From: Eledone cirrhosa
Lineage: Eukaryota
NCBI GenBank assembly: GCA_964016885.1
Contig: CAXHJY010000034.1
Span: 1 to 35,946, forward strand
Direction of reading: 5' to 3'
DNA: 35,946 nucleotides
The notes beneath the pieces are model-generated. The model made no database searches. It saw nothing but the letters and a program-made list of their open reading frames with translations, and had not been told where the DNA came from. The translations under genes were made by a program, and so were the position numbers. Below, piece by piece: positions 18,093 to 35,946 of the stretch. Position 1 is the stretch's first letter. Every line of letters starts with the position of its first letter.

Positions 18093-18923
18093 GGTTAGAT
18101 ATTATTCTAATTTCTATGTTGTCTATGTTACCGTGATGTTGTTGTCTAGCATGTTCGTATAGTACTGAACCGTTTTTTCGTCCTTTTAGTTCCCCCCAGT
18201 GTTGGTCTATCCTTTCACCTATGCTACGAGCTGTCTCACCTATGTATGTTGTTGTCATGTTTCTGCAAGTACCCTCTGTACATCTTATGCTATAGACTAC
18301 GTTTCTAGTTTTACAGTTTATCCGGGGGTTCAGCTTACATATGATACACTTCCTATTGGTACAGTGGGTTTTCTTAAAAGGGTAGGTTTTGCTGATAAGG
18401 GATTTTATGGTGGTTCCTGGCTTTTCTACCACCTTTATTTTTAAGTGGGTCTTTCTCAGGGCCTTTCTACACTGGTTAGCTAATTTCCCTCCAGGGGTGG
18501 CGTCCACAAACATGACACTCTGATATCTCTGGTTGTCGTACCATGATGTGGCCTTCCCTATCTTATGTCTAGCCCTATCTAAGCTATTCCATGATTTGCT
18601 CCTGTATAGTGGGCAAATTCCTTTCATGTCCCGTTCTATGAGGGTCTTATACTTTTCTATGGCTCCTTCGTATACTCTGACTCTGTCTCTTTGGTTGTAG
18701 CCAGAGAACTGCATGCGGTTGATGAAGTGTTGGATGTGTCCTTCCATTTCTTTTGGGTCGCACATGCCGGACACATTCTTCATCACTCGTACCAAATCTG
18801 CGATCAGAATATTAAACTTAGCACTACTGGACATTGCTGAGTTTTGAGTATCAGGTATTTGGAGGCCATGGGTTTAGCATAGTGTGAGTGGAGAATTTGG
18901 GCTCTCTCGTCTATAGTGTTAAT

Positions 18924-19019
18924 CCAGAGTTCTGTGTCTAATACAGGTAGTCTATTGTTAGGGTGTTTGGACCAGAGTTCTGTGTCTAATACAGGTAGTC
19001 TATTGTTAGGGTGTTTGGA
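18924..19019. repeat. Perfect 48-bp tandem duplication inside the RT (SKHPNNRLPVLDTELW x2)
   Basis: 18924-18971 equals 18972-19019. Confidence 0.97.
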
Positions 19020-20409
19020 AGGGAAGTCTATAGTTACAGTTATACTCTGGTGTATGGAATTAGCTATCTGCTGGATGCTTTCCATCGTGCTACGTTCTAA
19101 ATCAAACTTGTTAGTGCTCTCTAGTGGGGGTGTTCTTATAACTATATTGATATCGTCTACATAACGAGAGTACATGATGAGGTCTATGGAGCTTTCATTA
19201 AGGAGATCTTTAAGTCTCCTTTCCCACCATACCATGAAAAGGTTGGCAACATCACCAGCTATGCTGACGCCGATGGCTGCTCCCTCATTTTGGGTGTAGA
19301 TTTTCTCATTGAACTTAAATATGTGGCCCTTTAGGGTAGTTTTGATACTAGCCCCTATTGCATGTGCGACCATTTTTCTTACCTGATCAGTGTTTTGGGG
19401 GGTCCGTATGGCTTTGGTCCACCCAATCCACCTTCCTATGGGAGTCTTTTTAGCCATTGAGATAATGGTGGGGGGTCTACCTCTTATAGATCTACTAGGG
19501 CAGAAATATCTAAGGTCATGGCTGTCTAGGTAGTCAGTGTCGTAGGTAAGTCTAAGTAGGAGGCCCAGTTCGTCTGTGTCGACGTCGCAGAACTCCACCT
19601 CACTCTCAACGATCATCTCGACACATCTTTTCACAGCAAAATCAATGTTAATGGATGGGTACAGTGACACCACATCCATGCTGCCTATTATGCAGTTGGA
19701 TAGGCTCCTGTTTTTGTTGCACTCACTGATTCTGCTGAGGAGGTCCTCTGTACTTTCACATACATCTGGGGACATCTTGATTATGGGGCGTATAACCCTT
19801 GAGAGGAAGTAGGAGATCCTGTAGTTGCTAGCTATATTAGCTCCGCATACGGGTCTTGTTGGTGGTCCTGTTGTCGGGTCGTCGACTGTCTTGTGGTCTT
19901 TGCGGAGCCCATACAAGGGTGGTATGCCATTGTTAGACGCCTGGAAGTTGTTGGCAGTGCGTCTGCTTGGCTTTAGGATGTCAGTCCACATCATCATGTG
20001 AGCGTTGAGGATTTTTTCTCTCCCATCGTGTGTTAGTTGTGCAACTTCGCTCGTGTTGGTGATGTGGGGTTGCATTGCCTCGATGTAGTTCGGCATGCTA
20101 TCTATTGACATCCTACCAGACTTATCTGTGGGTAGACACACTACCTCACCATCCCTTGTGCGCTGCTTGAGGCTAACTAAGCCTTCTACAGGTTTTCTCC
20201 CAAGTTGTTGGGCCTCTGGTCTGCTCTGTCTCATAGTGTACCTGTCTACTACCTGTCTAATCTTATTTCTAGCTATGGTGAACTGTGCATCCGTCTTGTC
20301 ATCTATTTGCTGTGGTATGCAAACTCTTTTATTAAAGGGTAACCTCGTAGGATAGATATTACCCATCTTATATGTTTTGTCAGCTGGGTTGAAAAATAGT
20401 TTCTCTAAG

Positions 20410-20895
20410 GGGTTGTCGTTATTTCTATCGTCATAGTTGTGTGTGTTGCTATTATTGTTATCATGGTGGTTGTTGTTGTTTCTATCATTAGCATTATTAT
20501 TATTATTGTTATGATTGCTAGATGTATTGTTGTTTACTTCACCGTTATTGTTGTTGTTGTTACTGCTATTTCTACCATTGTGGTTGTTACTATTATTATG
20601 TTTCTTGTTTTTGTTGATGTTGCTACATGTACTATTTCCATTATTACCACTGTGGTTATTGTTGTTGTTGTTCGTATTGTTACCGTTATTACTACTGTGG
20701 TCACTGTTGCTGTGTCTGTGGTTAACGTTTCTATTATTATTATTATTGTGGTTGTTGTTGTTCCGTCTATCGCTAGTATTATTGCCATTATCACTATTTC
20801 TCACTTTCCTGCCATTGTTATGGTTATGGCTGTTATTTCTATACCCAGAGTTATTGTTTATATTATTACTACCGTTATTATTGTTGTTGTTGTTT
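20410..20895 (-). repeat. AAC/AAT-rich tract encoding about 160 aa of Asn-rich sequence within the PLE A ORF
   Basis: Translation from KVNNNNNNNGS to DDRNNDNP has no stop. Confidence 0.92.
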
Positions 20896-21616
20896 ACCTT
20901 TGCATTCCAACGTATTTTTGTGAAACACTTTTCCAGCTTCGTTTTGCATTCCATAGGGTTAATCTTTTTGTAGATGGCAAATTTTGGTGGTAACCTTAGG
21001 ATTTGTTGTTCTTGTTCACTGAATAAAGTGTTCCCATAGATATTTACTGTGTGGTCATTGGTAAATTCTTCCGGTAGTTTTACATCACTCATACGGATAT
21101 TGTCGATGTTATCTGGGTATTTTTGAGAATATTCGATTTTCCTTTCTTGTAGTTTTTTCTTATTCATCCATTCTAATTTCTTCTTGAAATGCCTACAGCA
21201 TTCGTTTTGAGCATATTTCGTTTCGCGTCGGATGACGCTCATGAAGTCGTCTCTCTCGTTTGCTGTGATGAGATTTCGGATTTCCTTACCGTTGATGCGA
21301 TTTTGTCTGTAGAGTGCGTTGACTTTTGTGTATGTTGTACTTTTCATATTAACTGTTATTGTGTGTTTTAGCCGTTTGGCTTGTGTTTTGTTCAATAATA
21401 AATTATTTACTTGTTTTGATATGTTTGTTGTGTATGTTTTGGAGGAAACACAGTATTTTAAGAAGCGGATTTGTTCTGTTGTTATTGTAGTTTTTATATA
21501 ACAGAAAACAGTGTCTTTCAGTAACCTTTCAGCTTGGCACAAGCTAATGCCATAGCGGCGATGAATTAGTTTTGCGAGGTTTTTTATATGAAATCGTGTG
21601 TCGAAACAGATATTGT

Positions 21617-22262
21617 TATACTTCGGGAGGGTCATATTTGCGTAATATTGCCAGAATTAATAACAGAACACACTCACTGTTTGGTTGGTTTTCGCTTCTC
21701 GCTGTCTTTTATATCTGCGATCTAACTTACTCGGTCCTCAATGTTGCCATTGACTGGCCGGCGGTCAAAAATAATACAGATACAAAATAGACACAAACAC
21801 ATATATATATATATAGTTTACATAATTTACATAAATCTTTCGTTGCACATCTGCAACATCGTCAGTGGTGTTATATTCATTGTTCCTCCTGTTGTGTTGT
21901 ATGTCTACGCCATTTTTTATTCAGTCTGTCTATATATTTATTTATTTATTTGCTTGTTTGTTTATCTTATTTTATTTTGCCTTCTTTGCGCATGCGTTTG
22001 CGTGTGTGTATAGTGTTATGTGTGATGTGTGACTAGTGTGTATAGTGTTGTGTCTGCTGGGTGACTAGTGTGTGTTTATGTGCTTGTGTATGTATTTATT
22101 TATCTTATTTTATTTAATTTTATTTACTTATTTATACTTCTCTTAGGCCAGTGTTGTTTGTTTGGGTGTTGTTGTTGTTCCACTCATTCTTTCTGTTTAG
22201 CTTTGGTCTTCTAATTTCTATTTCACTGGCCTCTCTGATTTGCCTATCTGCTGGGTCATTCC

Positions 22263-22265
<3 letters not shown>
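21617..22265 (-). repeat. 5' pseudo-LTR of PLE A (3' end of an upstream tandem copy, truncated in the EN coding sequence)
   Basis: Begins [28 protein letters not shown], then the same UTR as 17493-18000. Confidence 0.93.
21820..21876 (-). ncRNA. Hammerhead ribozyme-like motif, PLE A 5' pseudo-LTR
   Basis: Identical to 17696-17752. Confidence 0.6.
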
Positions 22266-22311
<46 letters not shown>

Positions 22312-22352
22312 GTATATATATATATGTATATATATATGTATATATATATATG

Positions 22353-22415
<63 letters not shown>

Positions 22416-22534
22416 GTATATATATGTATATATATATGTATATATATATATATATATGTATATGTATATATATATATGTATATATATATATGTATATATA
22501 TATATGTATATATATATATGTATATATATATATG

Positions 22535-22567
<33 letters not shown>

Positions 22568-22688
22568 GTATATATGTATATATATATATATATGTACATA
22601 TATATATGTATATATATATGTATATATATATATATATATGTATATGTATATGTATATATATATATATGTATATATATATGTATATATG

Positions 22689-22723
<35 letters not shown>

Positions 22724-22776
22724 GTATATATATATGTGTATATATATATATGTGTGTATATATATATACATATATG

Positions 22777-22841
<65 letters not shown>

Positions 22842-22850
22842 GTATATATG

Positions 22851-22931
<81 letters not shown>

Positions 22932-23316
22932 GTGTATATATATATATGTGTATACATATATATGTGTGTATACATATATATGTGTATATATATGTGTATA
23001 TATATATATGTGTATATATATATGTGTATATATATATATGTGTATATATATATGTGTATATATATGTGTATATATATATATGTGTATATATATATATGGG
23101 TATATATATATATGTGTATATATATATATATATGTATGTATATGTATATATGTGTATATGTATGTATATGTATATATGTATGTAGATGTATATATATATA
23201 TGTGTATATGTATATATATATGTATATATATGTATATATATATGTATATATATGTATATATATATATATGTATATATATGTATATATATGTATATATATG
23301 TATATGTATATATATG

Positions 23317-23353
<37 letters not shown>

Positions 23354-23515
23354 GTATATATATGTATATGTATATATATGTATATGTATATATATGTATA
23401 TGTATATATATGTATATGTATATATATGTATATGTATATATATGTATATGTATATATATGTATATATATATATATGTATGTATATATATATATATGTATA
23501 TGTATATATACATAT

Positions 23516-23559
<44 letters not shown>

Positions 23560-23788
23560 GTATATATATATGTATATATATATGTATATATATATGTATA
23601 TATATATGTATATATATATGTATATATATATGTATATATATATGTATATATATATGTATGTATATATATATATATATGTATATGTATATATATATGTATA
23701 TATATATATGTATATATATATATGTATATATATATATATGTATATATATATGTATATATATATGTATATATATATATATATGTATATG

Positions 23789-23819
<31 letters not shown>

Positions 23820-23988
23820 GTATATATATATAAATGTATATATATGTATATATCTATATATGTATATATATGTATATATATATATATGTATATATATATA
23901 AATGTATATATATGTATATATGTATATATGTATATATATATATGTATATATATATATGTATATATATATATGTATATATATATATATG

Positions 23989-24049
<61 letters not shown>

Positions 24050-24050
24050 G

Positions 24051-24139
<89 letters not shown>

Positions 24140-24140
24140 G

Positions 24141-24175
<35 letters not shown>

Positions 24176-24206
24176 GTATATATATGTATATATATATATA
24201 TGTATG

Positions 24207-24253
<47 letters not shown>

Positions 24254-24254
24254 G

Positions 24255-24301
<47 letters not shown>

Positions 24302-24416
24302 GTGTATATATGTATATATATATATGTATATATATATATATGTGTATATATATATGTATATATATATATATGTGTATATATATATGTATATATATATATA
24401 TGTGTATATATATATG

Positions 24417-24456
<40 letters not shown>

Positions 24457-24502
24457 TATATGTATATATATATGTATATATATATATGTATATATATATA
24501 TG

Positions 24503-24573
<71 letters not shown>

Positions 24574-24588
24574 GTATATATATATATG

Positions 24589-24619
<31 letters not shown>

Positions 24620-25357
24620 GTGTATACATATATATGTGTGTATACATATATATGTGTATATATATATATATGTGTATATATATATATGTGTATATATATG
24701 TGTATATATATATGTGTGTATATATATATATATGTGTATATATATATATATGTGTATATATATATATGTGTATATATATATATATGTATGTATATGTATA
24801 TATGTGTATATGTATATGTATGTATATGTATATATGTATGTAGATGTATATGTATATATATGTATATATATATGTATATATATGTATATATATATGTATA
24901 TATATGTATATGTATATATATGTATATATATATGTATATATATGTATATATATATGTATATATATGTATATATATATATGTATATATATGTATATATATG
25001 TATATGTATATATATGTATATATATATGTACATATATATGTATATATATATATATGTATATTTATGTATATATATGTATATGTATATATATGTATATGTA
25101 TATATAAGTATATATATATATATGTATGTATATATATATATATGTATATGTATATATATGTATATATATATATGTATATATATATGTATATATATATATG
25201 TATATATATATGTATATATATATGTATATATATATATGTATATATATATGTATATATATATGTATATATATATGTATATATATATATGTATATATATATA
25301 TGTATATATATATGTATATATATATGTATATATATATATATATGTATATGTATGTAT

Positions 25358-25405
<48 letters not shown>

Positions 25406-25470
25406 GTATATATATATAAATGTATATATATGTATATATGTACATATATATATATGTATATATATATATG

Positions 25471-25501
<31 letters not shown>

Positions 25502-25507
25502 GTATAT
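22266..25507 (+). repeat. (TA)nTG array block 5
   Basis: Direct inspection; GTAGATG landmarks at 23182 and 24840. Confidence 0.96.
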
Positions 25508-25545
25508 ATAATATAAGATCAAAAGATGGTTAAAGGAGTTCAATA

Positions 25546-25616
25546 TATTTTATTATGCGCATTTCAAAAACAAACATCATCAAACAATAATATTTGTGTT
25601 TTCATCAGATAAAACA
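25546..25616 (-). ncRNA. Inverted copy of the same hammerhead ribozyme
   Basis: Reverse complement of 25704-25774. Confidence 0.82.
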
Positions 25617-25703
25617 GGAGAACATGATATGAAGGCTAAAAAAACACTTGTTGATAGTGCAGTTTTAAATCAACAATTTTTTAGCCTTCATATCATGTTC
25701 TCC

Positions 25704-25774
25704 TGTTTTATCTGATGAAAACACAAATATTATTGTTTGATGATGTTTGTTTTTGAAATGCGCATAATAAAATA
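25704..25774 (+). ncRNA. Type I hammerhead ribozyme
   Basis: tgttttat CTGATGA aaaca-caaatattatt-gttt-gatgatgtttg-ttttt GAAA tgcgca TA ataaaata; 8-bp helix I, long helix II, palindromic UGCGCA helix III, AUA cleavage after 25766. Confidence 0.85.
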
Positions 25775-25898
25775 TATTGAACTCCTTTAACCATCTTTTG
25801 ATCTTATATTATGCATACTCCAGTCCCACAAAATGTAGAGTGCTTCTTATCCGATATCTGCATTGCTTTATTGTACTACAATAAAACTCACCTCCTAC

Positions 25899-25985
25899 AT
25901 ATATGTATATATATATATATGTATATATATGTATATATATATATATGTATATATATGTATATATATATATATATGTATATATATG

Positions 25986-26032
<47 letters not shown>

Positions 26033-26033
26033 G

Positions 26034-26064
<31 letters not shown>

Positions 26065-26603
26065 GTATATATATGTATGTATATATATATATATGTATAT
26101 ACATATATATGTATATATATATATATGTGTATACATATATATGTGTGTATACATATATATGTGTATATATATATATATGTGTATATATATATATGTGTAT
26201 ATATATATATATATATATGTGTATATATATATGTGTATATATATATATGTGTATATATATATATGTGTATATATATGTGTATATATATATATGTGTATAT
26301 ATATATATGTGTATATATATATATATGTATGTATATGTATATATGTGTATATGTATATGTATGTATATGTATATATGTATGTAGATGTATATATATATAT
26401 ATATGTATATGTATATATATGTATATATATATGTATATATATGTATATATATATGTATATATATGTATATATATATGTATATATGAATATATATGTATAT
26501 ATATGTATATATATATATGTATATATATATATGTATATATGAATATATATGTATATATATGTATATATGTATATATATATATGTATATATATGTATATAT
26601 ATG

Positions 26604-26700
<97 letters not shown>

Positions 26701-26950
26701 GTATATATATATATGTATATATATGTATATATATATATATGTATATATATATATGTATATATATGTATATATATATATGCATATATATGTATATATATGT
26801 ATGTATATGTATATATATGCATATATATGTATATATATGTATGTATATGTATATATATGTATATATATGTATATGTATATATATGTATATATATGTATAT
26901 ATATGTATATGCATATATATGTATATATATGTATATGTATATATATATGT

Positions 26951-26984
<34 letters not shown>

Positions 26985-27131
26985 GTATATATATCTATAT
27001 ATGTATATATATATGTATATATATGTATATATATATATATGTATATATATGTATATATATGTATATGTATATATATGTATATATATGTATATGTATATAT
27101 ATGTATATATATATGTATATGTATATATATG

Positions 27132-27169
<38 letters not shown>

Positions 27170-27175
27170 TGTATG

Positions 27176-27218
<43 letters not shown>

Positions 27219-27229
27219 GTATATGTATA

Positions 27230-27280
<51 letters not shown>
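25899..27280 (+). repeat. (TA)nTG array block 6
   Basis: Direct inspection; variant order matches about 32.0-33.1 kb. Confidence 0.96.
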
Positions 27281-27422
27281 TGTTATACTTTGGGTGGGTC
27301 ATGTTGCCAATAAGAAACACACGCACCAGTTGCTTTCACTTCAATTTATTATATATTTATAAATTTATAAATAAATTTTTGGTTGGTTAGTTGGTTCCAC
27401 AACCAGATAGTTGTTTATATAT

Positions 27423-27467
27423 AGTCATAGTTGTTTCCTCACACACTCTGTGATCTTTTCAGTGACT
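27423..27467 (-). ncRNA. Degenerate hammerhead of B copy 2
   Basis: CTGAAAA instead of CTGAAGA; helix II closing pair lost; GAAA caac TA. Confidence 0.5.
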
Positions 27468-27671
27468 GGGGATTCCTTTCTTTGTTTCTGTGCCTCTCCT
27501 TTGTTCTGTCCTACGCCATTTTGTTTCTGTGTGTGTGTTGTGTGCTCAGTCTGCGCATGCGCCACATCCCGGTGTCTGTGTGTGTTTATGTTCATTTATT
27601 TATTTGTTTATTTACATGTTACTGGTTGGTTGTTTGTTCTATGTGTGTGTGTGTTTTCATTTTATCCTTAA

Positions 27672-28439
27672 TTATAAGTTGTGAATGTTGCTGTTCCACT
27701 CATATTTACTATTTAATTTTGGTTGTAATTCTTTTATGTTTATTGCCTCTCTAATTTGTCTAAACATTGCGTCTTTTCTGTGTGTAGATTCTATTTTTAT
27801 TTCTATGTTCTCTAATTTACCCTTGTGTTCTATCTTAGCATGTTGGTAGAGTACAGATGATTCTTTATTATCTTGAAGGTCTCGCCAGTGTTCATTTATC
27901 CGTTCCCCTACACTACGAGCTGTCTCACCTATGTACACTATATTTTTGTCTCTACATTGTCCTTCAGTACATCTTATGCTATACACTACATTTCTAGTTT
28001 TACAGTTAATATGGGGGGTTATTTTACAGGTTATACATTTCTTATCTATACATGAGGGTCTTTGAAAAGGGTATGTCTTGCTAATAAGTGTTTTTACGGA
28101 GGTACCTGGTCTTTCTACTATCTTAATATTGAGTTTATGTTTAATTAGGGCCCTTCTAAGTTTGTAAGCTAATTCACCTCTAGGGGTTGTATCGATGAAC
28201 ATTACACTCTGGTATTTATTGCTATCATACCATGAGTGTATTCTATTGGCCTTGTTCCTAGTTCTCTATTCTATTCCAAAATTTGCTCCTATACAAGGGG
28301 CAGGTCCCATTTATGTCATTATTTACCATTTTTTCCCATTTGGTTCTGGCTCCTCTATACACTCTGATTTTATCTCTCTGATTGTAGCCAGAGAACTGCA
28401 TACGGTGGATGAAGTGTTGTATGTGTCTCTCTAGTTCTG
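27672..28439 (-). pseudogene. Truncated PLE ORF: GIY-YIG domain plus RT remnant
   Basis: Track ORF 27672-28202 nearly identical to 7019-7552. Confidence 0.88.

Positions 28440-35946
<7,507 letters not shown>

Larger units (their letters stand above)
18001..21635 (-). pseudogene. PLE A polyprotein (N-terminal domain, Asn-rich insert, RT, GIY-YIG); frameshift near 18840, in-frame 48-nt duplication, short deletion at the C-terminus
   Basis: LPTDKSG, LYGLRKDHK, TRPVCGA, SMDVVSLYPSI, GAAIGVSIAG, RYVDD, LPVLD, CTNRKCIIC, NVVYSIRC...YIGETARSIGERIDQH; two overlapping track ORFs 18804-21635 and 18001-18834. Confidence 0.92.
25508..25812. repeat. Long inverted repeat, 136-bp arms (25508-25643 / 25677-25812), 33-bp spacer containing an 8-bp inner stem
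   Basis: Arms are exact reverse complements by eye; spacer has ttgttgat (25648-25655) and atcaacaa (25669-25676). Confidence 0.97.
25508..25898 (+). mobile_element. 390-bp fold-back insertion: probable 3' pseudo-LTR remnant of a further PLE/retrozyme-type family with inverted 5' duplication
   Basis: 136-bp inverted arms, hammerhead in each arm, about 85-bp unique tail; absent from the sister array unit near 31.9-32.0 kb. Confidence 0.65.
27277..28439 (-). mobile_element. PLE family B copy 2, same endpoints as copy 1
   Basis: Aligns end to end with 6624-7790 with roughly 20 differences; GIY-YIG ORF 27672-28202. Confidence 0.92.

Noticed and set aside
20439-20993. Hydrophobic Leu/Val/Ile-rich ORFs on the + strand
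   Set aside because: Antisense readings of the AAC/AAT tract.
25508-25812. MITE or miRNA precursor interpretation of the long hairpin
   Set aside because: The insertion includes an asymmetric 85-bp tail and the arms contain a full hammerhead, which fits retro-insertion fold-back better; a MITE is not fully excluded.

Overview
Eukaryotic (probably invertebrate; host not identifiable) repeat DNA with no recognisable host gene. About two thirds of the window is a strand-polarised (TA)nTG array, with G almost only on the + strand and hidden higher-order repeat structure. Six retroelement insertions sit in or next to it. (1) A Penelope-like element (PLE; RT + GIY-YIG, 1-3551, minus) with an extra upstream ORF joined through a U_UUU_UUA -1 slippery site and a fold-back duplication of its 5' junction. 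(2, 3) Two near-identical 5'-truncated copies of a second PLE family ('B'; 6624-7790 and 27277-28439, minus). (4) A CR1-group LINE (about 9381-13342, plus) with a CCCH-finger ORF1, an intact APE-RT ORF2 and the same -1 slippery heptamer. (5) A near full-length PLE ('A'; 17493-22265, minus) with direct pseudo-LTRs. (6) A 390-bp fold-back insertion (25508-25898) carrying a hammerhead ribozyme in both orientations. Hammerhead motifs are also readable in the A and B pseudo-LTRs, and A and B share a 26-nt 3'-end/ORF-start signal that merges into the TA target. The many Tyr/Ile ORFs in the supplied track are artefacts of the array. All alignments were done by eye.
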